DNA of 64,000 nucleotides from Bythopirellula sp. (GTDB lineage Bacteria; Planctomycetota; Planctomycetia; Pirellulales; Lacipirellulaceae): NCBI GenBank assembly GCA_965216565.1, contig OZ244170.1, positions 3,872,001 to 3,936,000 of the forward strand, read 5' to 3'. Shown piece by piece: positions 19,549 to 28,987 of this stretch (position 1 is its first letter; each line of letters starts with the position of its first letter). The notes under the pieces were generated by a model. It saw only the letters and a program-made list of their open reading frames with translations, ran no database searches and was not told where the DNA came from. The position numbers and the translations under genes were made by a program.

Positions 19549-21135
19549 GTGAGTGCTAGGTCTTTAAGTCAAACGATTGTTCTGGGCATGATCTTGCTCG
19601 GCGGCATTGCTTGCGCAATGCGTTACCAAAGTCGACGCGATACGCAAACTGCCATGGAGGACAGTTTGTGGCGGTTAACCTATGAATTGCAGTTCTCGGC
19701 GAAGGAGTCACTGGCTGACGAGCCCGATTCGACCCTGCGCGTAGGAATTCCGACGAATCGCAACCATGTGAAGCTGGTAGACGAAGAATACATTCACACG
19801 GGACTCAGTGAGAAAATTACTCAGTACGAGCGGACCGGCAATCGAGAACTCATCCTGACCACAGAGCATGGCGGCGACTATACGGTGACGGCAGAATTCG
19901 AGATTCTGCTGACCCCGGATATCGCGTGGACCGAAGAACAAGCCATGGAAGGGTTGACGGAAGTCGCCCGCCGCCGCTATCTCTCCGCTGAAGACGAGCT
20001 ACCCGTGCAGAGCCCGGGCGTGCAAGGAATTGTCCGCCAAACACTCAAAGGTGATGCGGAGCTGAACGATATACTTCAAACTCTCTACGAGCACTGCTCG
20101 AATCTAGAGCCTCCTGATGCCGACGATGGAGCAGACAACGTCGACTGGGCTCTGGCCAATAAAAAGGCGACAGCGCTGGGGAAGATCCGAGCGTTCGTCA
20201 CGCTCTGCCGGGCAGCGCGAAAACCGGCCAGACTAGTGGCTGGCTTCGAGCTGCGACAAACCGACGTCCCCCGGCCCCATGTTTGGGCTGAAGTGTTTAT
20301 CGGTCACCGCTGGGTTCCCTTCGATCCGGCACTTGGCAATCAACGGGTGTTGCCGGATAACTTCATTGCCATTCGACGAGGCAGCGAGCATATCAACCGG
20401 ACAACGAGCGGCGACATTGTTCAAGACAAGTATTTCATTCGTCGATTGCCACCTGCGAAAGAGGTTTTCCAAACAAGAGCAGAAAGCGTATCACAGATCT
20501 TCGATTTGACGCGTCTGCCGGTGCCGATGCATGAGATCTTAAAGTTAATGTTGCTGCTGCCCCTGGGTGCGTTGATCACAGCTTTTTTTCGAAATGTGAT
20601 TGGCATCCGCACCTTTGGCACATTTGCACCGGCATTGCTGGCGATCAGTTTTGTGTACGCCGTTTGGGGTACCGGAATTGTTGTATTAATCGTGGTCGTT
20701 ATGGCAGGGCTATTCGGACGGAAGCTCCTGGAGCGACTCCATCTGCTGATGGTTCCCCGGTTGAGCATTGTGCTGACCATGATTATCTTGTGCTTGGTCT
20801 TCAGCGTGTCGCTACTCGACTATCTGAACATGACCGATAGCGGTCAGGCCGTGCTGTTACCCTTGGTGATTCTTACGATTTTGATTGAGCGATTTCACGT
20901 TACTGCCGAAGAAGATGGCGTGGCTTTTGCCATGCAATTGGTGGTGGGTACGACAATCGTTGCCGCCTTTTGCTACCTGCTGCTGAAGTGGAAGTATATC
21001 GGTCAGTTGTTATTGATCTATCCCGAAGCCCATTTCATAACGATCGCTTTGTTCATTGTGATTGGCCGCTACTCTGGCTATCGATTAGTAGAGCTATGGC
21101 GTTTCCGCGACCTGGTGAAATCCGACAAATCCTAA
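19549..21135 (+). CDS. Transglutaminase-like domain fused to a 7TM domain (7TM_transglut type)
   Basis: LCRA..PARLVAG, HVWAEV, WVPFDP; then RNVIGIRTFGTFAP, HLLMVPRLS, IERF and GRYSGYRLVELWRF. Confidence 0.92.
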   Translation: MSARSLSQTIVLGMILLGGIACAMRYQSRRDTQTAMEDSLWRLTYELQFSAKESLADEPDSTLRVGIPTNRNHVKLVDEEYIHTGLSEKITQYERTGNRELILTTEHGGDYTVTAEFEILLTPDIAWTEEQAMEGLTEVARRRYLSAEDELPVQSPGVQGIVRQTLKGDAELNDILQTLYEHCSNLEPPDADDGADNVDWALANKKATALGKIRAFVTLCRAARKPARLVAGFELRQTDVPRPHVWAEVFIGHRWVPFDPALGNQRVLPDNFIAIRRGSEHINRTTSGDIVQDKYFIRRLPPAKEVFQTRAESVSQIFDLTRLPVPMHEILKLMLLLPLGALITAFFRNVIGIRTFGTFAPALLAISFVYAVWGTGIVVLIVVVMAGLFGRKLLERLHLLMVPRLSIVLTMIILCLVFSVSLLDYLNMTDSGQAVLLPLVILTILIERFHVTAEEDGVAFAMQLVVGTTIVAAFCYLLLKWKYIGQLLLIYPEAHFITIALFIVIGRYSGYRLVELWRFRDLVKSDKS

Positions 21136-22140
21136 GTGCTGGCCACCATGAGCAATAACTTTCGACGATTCTGGGCTTGGCCAGAGGAGCTTGCTGCCAG
21201 TGGGATTCTCGGCATCAACAATCGTAACGTTGGATTCATCCTGGAGCACAATCCCCGCGAGTTTTACCCGCGGGTCGATAACAAACTGCTGACGAAGCAG
21301 ATTTGCCAAGAGAACAGCATCATTGTCCCGGAAACTTACTGCGTACTCCGCGAGCATACCGACTGCCATCGTTTTCCAGAGATCATCGGTGATCGCAACG
21401 AGTTTGTTATCAAGCCCGCCAATGGAGCGGCCGGACGTGGGATTGTCGTTGTCGCCAAACGCGAAGACGACATCTACATTACTTCCAGTGGGAGAAGAAT
21501 CCCCTGGAGCGATATGCGGTATCACCTTTCTACGATTCTCTCTGGGCTGTATTCCCTAGGAGGACAGTTGGATCAGGTGATCGTCGAACGCCGCATTGTG
21601 AGCCATCCCCTGCTGATGAGCTTGGCTGTCGAAGGAACACCAGACATTCGAGTGATCTTGTACCGTGGGGTGCCAGTGATGGCGATGATACGATTGCCAA
21701 CAACCAAGTCGGGCGGACGTGCCAACTTGCATCAAGGCGCGGTGGCAGCTGCCGTCGATTTGCAAACGGGTACCACTTATGGTGGCGTTTGTGAGAATCG
21801 TCGCATCACGCATCATCCCGATACCAAGGAACCGATCGCCGGTTTCGAAATCCCCAGCTGGCGGGAGTTGATCGACTCGGCTATGCGAATGTCCGACGCC
21901 TTGGGCATGGGCTATATCGGCGTCGATTTCGTGATCGACATCAACACGGGCCCGGTGGTGCTGGAGGCCAACGCCCGGCCAGGGCTTGCCATTCAGTTGG
22001 CGCACCAAGAAGGCATCTTGCCGCGACTGGCATTTATCGATTCACTCGCCGACGAAGCCCGCCAAGGGCAACGGCGCTGGGAGCTCATCCCCCAAATCGT
22101 CGGCCACGGCAAATCAGCCTATGTGAGTGAGCCCAATTGA
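21136..22140 (+). CDS. Alpha-L-glutamate ligase-like (RimK-related) ATP-grasp protein
   Basis: GILGINNRN, VDNKL.TK, FVIKPANGAAGRGI, PDIRVI, ANLHQG, GVDFVID, LEANARPGL.IQ. Confidence 0.93.
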   Translation: MLATMSNNFRRFWAWPEELAASGILGINNRNVGFILEHNPREFYPRVDNKLLTKQICQENSIIVPETYCVLREHTDCHRFPEIIGDRNEFVIKPANGAAGRGIVVVAKREDDIYITSSGRRIPWSDMRYHLSTILSGLYSLGGQLDQVIVERRIVSHPLLMSLAVEGTPDIRVILYRGVPVMAMIRLPTTKSGGRANLHQGAVAAAVDLQTGTTYGGVCENRRITHHPDTKEPIAGFEIPSWRELIDSAMRMSDALGMGYIGVDFVIDINTGPVVLEANARPGLAIQLAHQEGILPRLAFIDSLADEARQGQRRWELIPQIVGHGKSAYVSEPN

Positions 22141-22414
22141 CTCTAGGGCTAGCTTCTTTTCACGCGACTTTTTGACGCCCAGCAAGTTTGTACGGCGGTG
22201 CGTCGAATCTCTGAAGTCGTAGGTTGTGGTAACCTACCCAGGCTCGGGACTCAACGATACAATCTGGGAAATCAAGGACAAGTTTGATTGTGAATACAGG
22301 CTGACCAACTTGTTCAGATGTAGCAGTTGTCGCCGATCGTTAGCAGCATGCCAGTTGTTCTGCGGAGAAGCCTCGTGTCTCCGTCTGGGATATAAGAATT
22401 GAAACGGACGAACC

Positions 22415-23800
22415 ATGCTTACTCTATTGGCAGCGGCAGATTCTAACGCCGTTTCTACCGCGCCAGCTTGGGTAATGATCCTTTTTGCCGCAGGGATGTT
22501 AGTTACCTACATCGGTGTGGCGATCGATAGTTTTCACAAGACAGTTGCTGCACTGGCCGGAGCAGTTGTACTCGTAGCGCTCGCGCTGGTGCTCGATGTG
22601 TTGCCCGAATATGAGAGCGTCTACGAGATTCTTTCTCACGACCTGAACATCTTTGGCGTGATCATCGGCACCGGGATTCTCGTTGATGTGACTGGTAAGA
22701 GCGGCCTATTTCATTTTTTGAGTATTCTCATTGTTCGCGCGACCGGGGGCCAAGCCGCCCCACTCTATTTTGCTATCTGCGGTTTGACTTTCGTGTTTGT
22801 CGCCGTGCTAACTATTGTGCCGGCCATGTTGATTCTCAGTAGTTTGGTGCTGGTGATTTGCCGAGCACTTGATTATCGGGCCAAGCCTTTTTTGCTCTCA
22901 GTGGCCATCTGTGCCAATAGTGGAGCCATTGTGACCTTTGCCAGCGGTCTGCCGAATATCATGATCGGTACGCAGGCGGGGATTCCCTACGTCCAGTTCC
23001 TACAAATCTCAGCACCCTACGCGTTTGTTAGTTTTTTGATTGCAGTCGTGATGATGCGTTTCTTTTTTCGGAAAGAGTTGCCTTGGCGGCAGTCCGCCGA
23101 AGAAAAGGCCGCACTGGAAAATAGGATAGACGAATTCGATCCATGGGCCTTAGTGGAGAATAAGTCGCTACTCGTGCGTAGCGCCGTGATACTGGTACTC
23201 ACGGTAGTGGGATTTGCGCTGGCCCAACCGCTGGGTGTCGGCATGGACTTTATTGCCATTGCCGGAGGTACCGCTGCATTATTGTTTGGCGGAAGGAGCG
23301 TGGAAGACTCGGTTGCGAAGGTGAATTGGACCGTCATCCTCTTCTTCCTCGGACTGTTCTTGATCATCGGCTGTGTGAAGTCGACGGGAGCACTGGCTTG
23401 GTTGGCGACCCAGGTTGTCGCCCTCTCGGGCGGACGGATTGAAGCTCTGGTGCCACTGCTCACCGCATTCTCCGCTGGAGGATCGGCCATTGTGGACAAT
23501 ATTCCTGTCGCGGCAACGCTCATCCCGATCGTCAAGCAAATCGGTGGCGGGGCTGTGCCGATCGAACCACTTTGGTGGAGTGTCGTACTCGGCTCGAATC
23601 TTGGTGGCAATGGAACACCGATCGGTTCGATCTCCTGCGTGATTGCCCTCTATACCCTGAAAAAGGAAGCGAACCAATCGGTCTCTTGGGGTGAATTCTT
23701 CAAGATCGGCGGGAGCATCATGATAATTCAAGTGATCGGTGCAATCTTCTATTTACTCATGCTCGATCATCTAGAATGGATCCCAACACTTGCAAACTAA
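22415..23800 (+). CDS. ArsB/NhaD/SLC13-type ion transporter permease
   Basis: About 12 TM segments; ANSGA..T..SGLPNIMI, SAIVDNIP, NLGGNGTPIGS. Confidence 0.88.
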   Translation: MLTLLAAADSNAVSTAPAWVMILFAAGMLVTYIGVAIDSFHKTVAALAGAVVLVALALVLDVLPEYESVYEILSHDLNIFGVIIGTGILVDVTGKSGLFHFLSILIVRATGGQAAPLYFAICGLTFVFVAVLTIVPAMLILSSLVLVICRALDYRAKPFLLSVAICANSGAIVTFASGLPNIMIGTQAGIPYVQFLQISAPYAFVSFLIAVVMMRFFFRKELPWRQSAEEKAALENRIDEFDPWALVENKSLLVRSAVILVLTVVGFALAQPLGVGMDFIAIAGGTAALLFGGRSVEDSVAKVNWTVILFFLGLFLIIGCVKSTGALAWLATQVVALSGGRIEALVPLLTAFSAGGSAIVDNIPVAATLIPIVKQIGGGAVPIEPLWWSVVLGSNLGGNGTPIGSISCVIALYTLKKEANQSVSWGEFFKIGGSIMIIQVIGAIFYLLMLDHLEWIPTLAN

Positions 23801-23858
23801 CTTCGCAAATGCGTTCTCTCAACAAGAGGGAGCCTTTTTGCAAAGGTGAGACACCAAC

Positions 23859-24830
23859 ATGACTCAGCCAACACAACGCCAGGTCGATGCTGACCTTGAA
23901 CGATCGATCGACATGTTTACTCGTGCCCAAGTCGGTGAAGTTGGGCAGGTGGATGGGGTGCGTCCAACACGCGTGTTGGCAGCAATTGATGGTTCGAGTC
24001 AAGATCTGGCTACGGCATTGCTCACCCGACAATTGGCCGAGCGATTGAGCTGCGACGTTGGTTTCGTGTTAGTCACCGACGACTCAGAAAAACACATCGA
24101 TAAGCAGGCTTTGGACGAGTTGACTGCGATTTCGGCGACCGAAATACAGTTGCCTGCTGAAATTTCGCAAACTTCACAGACAGATGAGAATCCCGCCAAT
24201 TACGATTATATTCTGGCAGTTGCGAACGATTATCAAGCGGACCTTCTGGTCGCTCCTTGTCCGTTTGGACGCGACTTCGAGTCACTAGGTGAGGATAGTA
24301 CGGGTACGGTGGTCGACGTACTGACGGCCCGCTGGGATGGATCGCTAATTGTCACCCGCAGACCGGACGCAACGGGCCGCGATCCGACGAATCACTTGCG
24401 AATTATCCTGACCGGCGAGAATCCTGCGGCGGAGGCAGCAGCAAGATTGGCGGTTGGTCTCGTCCAGCCAAATGGTCGGATTGAGCTGTTGCTTTTGGTT
24501 GAAAAGAGTTTTTACGAAAAATTCCGAGAAGCGTTGCACTCCGTTCAGCCTGGGATGGATGTTAGCTATGAAGACTTGGAAAACGCTTTGGCCCAGACTT
24601 ATGGTCGACTTCATGCGTCCTTGCAAATGTCTGCTGCTTCCGTTGGCTTTGCCTATGAACTGCTTATTCGCCATGAAGGTGATGAATTGCCCATCACCCC
24701 CGAGGACCCGAAGACACACCCCGCGCTGATGGTGCTTGGCATGGAGCAAAGTAGTCTCGACTCGCAGGGTGAAGTCCAGGAGTTCATCCGCCGATCGCCT
24801 CATCCGGTATTGGTTGCCTCGGTAGAATAG
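23859..24830 (+). CDS. Tandem universal stress protein (USP)-like protein
   Basis: RVLAAIDGS, ADLLV...G...LG.DS.GTVVD, and terminal RRSPHPVLVA. Confidence 0.75.
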   Translation: MTQPTQRQVDADLERSIDMFTRAQVGEVGQVDGVRPTRVLAAIDGSSQDLATALLTRQLAERLSCDVGFVLVTDDSEKHIDKQALDELTAISATEIQLPAEISQTSQTDENPANYDYILAVANDYQADLLVAPCPFGRDFESLGEDSTGTVVDVLTARWDGSLIVTRRPDATGRDPTNHLRIILTGENPAAEAAARLAVGLVQPNGRIELLLLVEKSFYEKFREALHSVQPGMDVSYEDLENALAQTYGRLHASLQMSAASVGFAYELLIRHEGDELPITPEDPKTHPALMVLGMEQSSLDSQGEVQEFIRRSPHPVLVASVE

Positions 24831-25237
24831 CACACGCCACGGGCACTAGTTACGGGGATCAGATTCTTAACCGTTGGCTTGGCAAATTGGCATTGAAACC
24901 ATCAGGCGTCGCCAGGGTTCTCAGAGCGCGTAATTCAATACACCTGGCTGTTCGCCGCATCCGTTTGGACATCTGGAATGCCGAGGGGCGCCTGTCATTA
25001 ACCAAGAAATCTCCGAGAACCAGGATAATCGCTACGAGCTTCCAGGGAAGATAAGTCGTGTCCGAGATTACATGCTAGGTTTCGGTAAGTGGACGTAGTT
25101 TTGAGCGCTTCAACCTAGCGTTGGGTTCCCTATGATCTCGGCGTCCTATAGAACTCAGTAGTTCACTAAAATTACGCGCATTGTATGCGTTGCCTCGTGT
25201 CGGTTTAGCAGCAGACACATCTCAGATCCTTAGCACC

Positions 25238-26215
25238 ATGCTTACCAGCAATAAACCAGATGTGCACTTGAAGGACTTTGTCCGAGTTCCAAATTGCATT
25301 CTGCAAATTCTAGATACATCGTCGGTTGATCTATTCCTCCAACACGATCATAAGGAAGCACCAGTATTCTACAGAGATGCTGGTTACCCTCTTTCTCAAG
25401 ACCGTGTCCAAGGACTCTCCGAAAGCTGTCAGGACGCGTTGTTTGTCCGTTCACGTGATTTCGCCAGTTTTAGTAAGGACCTTGTCGATTCCCTGGATCA
25501 CGCCCTGGTAACACAAACTTTACCAGCGGACGAACGTTTTGAACTCTTGCAATGCACCGTTTCACTTGAAGTCGAACAGTCGCTGCGGATGGTCAACTGC
25601 GATAGCTATGTCAGCCAAGCGAACAAGATCGGCCGGCAAATTGTCCAATTGGTCAATGAAAACGAGGTGCTTCCGTCCGAGCTCTTCGACATTGTTCGTC
25701 ATGATCACCATACCTTTGTTCATGTGACCAATGTCGCAGGCTATGCCACCCTACTGGCTAAAGAGCTTGGTATTAGCGATCGGAAAGAGCTCGAACAAAT
25801 TGCAATTGGTGGCTTGCTACATGATATGGGGAAAAGGCATATTCCCAGGTCGATCTTGAACAAGAGCGAACCTTTGACGGGCGAGGAACGAGAGGTAATT
25901 CGTCAACATCCCCAAGCAGGCTACGAGGAACTGTGCCGACGCGAGACTTTGGTGCATGGTCAACTGATGATGGTTTATCAACATCACGAACACCTCAACG
26001 GACATGGTTATCCAGTAGGCATACTGGCCGACGAGATTCATCCTTGGGCGAAAATGCTGGCTGTTGTTGATGTATTTGATGCAATTACAGGCTTTCGTCC
26101 TTACCGGTTTCCGATGACCTGCGACAAAGCGCTCGAATTCCTAGAGAGTAGAGCGGGGAGTCAATTTGATGAGGAGTTTGTGTCTTGTTGGACCTCAACC
26201 ATGAAGCAGACCTAG
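25238..26215 (+). CDS. HD-GYP domain cyclic-dinucleotide phosphodiesterase
   Basis: HTFVH..NV, LLHDMGK, HP..G, QHHEHLNGHGYP, VVDVFDAIT..RPYR. Confidence 0.93.
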   Translation: MLTSNKPDVHLKDFVRVPNCILQILDTSSVDLFLQHDHKEAPVFYRDAGYPLSQDRVQGLSESCQDALFVRSRDFASFSKDLVDSLDHALVTQTLPADERFELLQCTVSLEVEQSLRMVNCDSYVSQANKIGRQIVQLVNENEVLPSELFDIVRHDHHTFVHVTNVAGYATLLAKELGISDRKELEQIAIGGLLHDMGKRHIPRSILNKSEPLTGEEREVIRQHPQAGYEELCRRETLVHGQLMMVYQHHEHLNGHGYPVGILADEIHPWAKMLAVVDVFDAITGFRPYRFPMTCDKALEFLESRAGSQFDEEFVSCWTSTMKQT

Positions 26216-26559
26216 GCGATCTTTGGGAAGAACTCGAATCGCGAGCCGTTCTCCTTAAACCTGCTTCAGAGTCTATAGAAGATCAAAGTCCAATCGAGTC
26301 AGCGGACGAGAAACGTTTGTACGAACGCTTCTCCATGGGTAGAAAGGCTATCCTTAAAAGGGGATGTGAATCTCATGCGATCTACACGAAAGATTGCTCT
26401 CGTACCGGAATCGGATTGATATCGCCCGTTCAAATATTCCCTAGGGAGCGCGTGGTAGTACATCTAAACCGCCAAAGGGTTTACAAGATGCTGGTAACCC
26501 GGTGTCGACGACTTGGTGAAAAATATTACGAATGCGGCGCCATCTTTTACCTTAAGTAA
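26185..26559 (+). CDS. Stand-alone PilZ-like c-di-GMP receptor
   Basis: RLYER (RxxxR) and DCSRTG (DxSxxG) motifs, terminal YECGAIF; TTG start after GAGGAG. Confidence 0.75.
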   Translation: MLDLNHEADLGDLWEELESRAVLLKPASESIEDQSPIESADEKRLYERFSMGRKAILKRGCESHAIYTKDCSRTGIGLISPVQIFPRERVVVHLNRQRVYKMLVTRCRRLGEKYYECGAIFYLK

Positions 26560-26727
26560 GCGGGTAGTCTAGGTCTTTGAAGCCTGTCTCTTACCAAGTT
26601 GCCTCTCGTGCGGCTTCTTGGATCTGAACGAATTGTTTCTGATTGACCGCGAACAGCAGTCCCCCTACATTGAAAGTCGTAGGAATTTCTTGAATCTCGC
26701 GACACATTGAATTAGGGAGAGCATGCC

Positions 26728-27180
26728 GTGAAACGTTTCATTCTAGGTTTGATAATGGTTGGTGCTGCCGTCTTGCCCATGAGCTATCTGGCAGCTCATT
26801 GCGAAGTGCCGTGCGGGATTTACGACGACGGTGCCCGATTTAAGTCGATGTACGAAGACCAAACGACAATTGCCAAGGCAATTGACAATATTGTCGAGAG
26901 TGCTGGAACGCATGATGCCACGGGTCACAATCAATTGGCGCGCTGGGTGACAACCAAAGAAGAGCACGCAACCAAGGTGCAACACACCATCTCGCAATAC
27001 TTTATGACGCAGCGAATTAAGTCGGACGACGACAAGTACGTCGACAAGCTTACTTCGGCCCACGCCGTATTGGTCGCCGCTATGAAGTGCAAGCAAGGTG
27101 CCGATCCAAAGACCGCCAAGGCCCTGCACGATGCGATTCACGAATTCCAGCATGCTTATCTTGAGGAAGAGAAGCACTAG
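26728..27180 (+). CDS. sodN: Nickel superoxide dismutase precursor with Sec-type signal peptide
   Basis: Ni-hook HCEVPCGIYD directly after a 23-aa hydrophobic leader; also KEEHA and AMKCKQ. Confidence 0.93.
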   Translation: MKRFILGLIMVGAAVLPMSYLAAHCEVPCGIYDDGARFKSMYEDQTTIAKAIDNIVESAGTHDATGHNQLARWVTTKEEHATKVQHTISQYFMTQRIKSDDDKYVDKLTSAHAVLVAAMKCKQGADPKTAKALHDAIHEFQHAYLEEEKH

Positions 27181-27209
27181 CGGGCGTCCGTTTCTGAAGC
27201 TTTCCCCTA

Positions 27210-27239
27210 CCCCCCTCCCCCGAAAACAGGGGAGGGGGA
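27210..27239. terminator. GC-rich hairpin downstream of sodN
   Basis: CCCCCTCCCC-CGAAAACA-GGGGAGGGGG stem; no clear U-tail. Confidence 0.45.
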
Positions 27240-27456
27240 TATATTGAGCGAAGAATTTCGGGGAACCTTTCTTCACATCGCGACGTAGTAGTACCAGTTG
27301 TCGGCGCCGCAGGGCGCTTGCTGGCGCTTAGGCACGAGCGCGAATAATGGTTTAGTCCATAGCTAACACCATTTCTCATTCAGGGACGAACCAGGCGATG
27401 AGCCCAAGGGGGGCACGCCGACTCTCACCTTGCCTACCCTTCCCTGGAATTGGACT

Positions 27457-28266
27457 ATGATTGTTCAGTCATTCTTGCGCAATCGAATTGCGAGTCTGCA
27501 TTTCGTCGGCTACGCGCTTCTGATGGTATACAACCCCTCCGCGCATGCCGGAGATCCCGCGATCGCTTTCGATTTTGGCCGCACCGCGGAGTGCGTGGTG
27601 GTTTCTGATGAAGCGGGTGGCGAACTGTTTGACGATCAGAAACTCGTGGAACTGAGGTTTCGCATTTCGGTGCATCTGCTCTCGGGCAATATCGACCAAC
27701 TGGAAGAAGTCCGTGTAGAAATCGGCGATCGCGATAGCCGGATTCGAGTGCATACATTTTCGCCTAAAACGACGTTAGAAAGCCACCATACCCAGAGCAT
27801 CCGTCACACGCGAACGAAGGAAAAAGGCCATACGCTCGATGCAACGTTAGGTGGTAAATTGCCGGTACTATTGGGCGATGCAACAGCGAGCGTCACGCCT
27901 TCGGTCGGCGGTGGATTGCACAAGAGCGAGACGGTAACCGACACCGAGTATCGCGTCGCTCCTAAACATACGGTCGTCGCCAGCGGCACGATTGGACAAG
28001 AGCACGGCGTGTTTTTCAAAATGAGGTCCTCGCCCCTTTCTTCGCTCGAAGGCGTCCACGAGCTGGTTGTCCAATTCGTCGTGCCGCAAAGTTGGCGGGC
28101 GGATAGCTTGCGCGTCTGCTGCCAAGCCACAGGCCAGGACAAGGTGTTGTGGATGGAGCAGGAAACCACCTGGGCGCGGGTCTGTGCGCCGGTGGCGATC
28201 TATCTGGCCGGCGACATCCAAGCCCGTCAGGCTGCGGAGAAATTTGCCAAACAGCGTCGCCTGTAG
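27457..28266 (+). CDS. Hypothetical, probably secreted protein
   Basis: Long ORF with a possible signal cleavage at SAHA-G and beta-rich composition; start uncertain (27430 or 27457). Confidence 0.75.
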   Translation: MIVQSFLRNRIASLHFVGYALLMVYNPSAHAGDPAIAFDFGRTAECVVVSDEAGGELFDDQKLVELRFRISVHLLSGNIDQLEEVRVEIGDRDSRIRVHTFSPKTTLESHHTQSIRHTRTKEKGHTLDATLGGKLPVLLGDATASVTPSVGGGLHKSETVTDTEYRVAPKHTVVASGTIGQEHGVFFKMRSSPLSSLEGVHELVVQFVVPQSWRADSLRVCCQATGQDKVLWMEQETTWARVCAPVAIYLAGDIQARQAAEKFAKQRRL

Positions 28267-28539
28267 CTTAGCCAAGTCTTTCCCAAACGAGGAACGGGAC
28301 CAGCCAAAGTGCGGCGGAAGTTGCGAAACCAATGACTCCCAGGGCTGACAGCCTTCTCAAATGTCTCCAAGGATGGAGAAATGCCCGGCAATCACCAACG
28401 ACGCACCATTTAGCGCCATCACTATCACGGCGCAATTCTCCATTATGAGACGCTCCTCCGCGGCTGAGCGTTCCGGTCGATTCTCCCCAAGTCGAGAAAA
28501 GACAGGCATTTAGTGCAGATTGGCATTGGCGAGCGACTT

Positions 28540-28555
28540 TGGCATCAAGCTTGCA
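28540..28555 (+). promoter_or_regulatory. Sigma54 (-24/-12)-type promoter
   Basis: TTTGGCATCAAGCTTGCA has exact spacing and lies about 80 bp upstream of ATG 28637. Confidence 0.7.
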
Positions 28556-28636
28556 TAGTGATTAGGGACCCGTAGTTGGGCTTCCCGCCCCGCCTCTCGG
28601 AACAGAGGCTGTTTTTTCTTAGAAGAGGTAATCCAG

Positions 28637-28987
28637 ATGGACATCGTCCAAAGCATTGCGATCGGCAGTGTCGCCGCCGCTTTTGCAATGCTCACCCTGC
28701 GTGGCTCTCAAGCCAAATTCTCGGCGACCCTGGCAGTTGGAATTCTTGGTGCTCTACTCGGGCTGGCCATCTATGTGGCCATGGGCCGCGATGGGGTCAT
28801 CGACCTGGCCGTCAGCGAATACTTGGTCAGTGGCTGTGGTGCTGTGTCGGCATTGTTTCTGTGGATCGTCGCGCAGCGGCTTTTTATTGTTCCACCCAGT
28901 CAGACGGCGCGGGCAACTCAGGCGGCGCAGGCCACTCAGGTAGCGCAGGACGAAGAGCAGAGCACAATTCTAACGGTCCAAGGTTAG
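28637..28987 (+). CDS. Small membrane protein, GlsB/YeaQ/YmgE-like
   Basis: GAGG RBS; three hydrophobic helices with IAIG..A and VGILGALLG patterns. Confidence 0.65.
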   Translation: MDIVQSIAIGSVAAAFAMLTLRGSQAKFSATLAVGILGALLGLAIYVAMGRDGVIDLAVSEYLVSGCGAVSALFLWIVAQRLFIVPPSQTARATQAAQATQVAQDEEQSTILTVQG

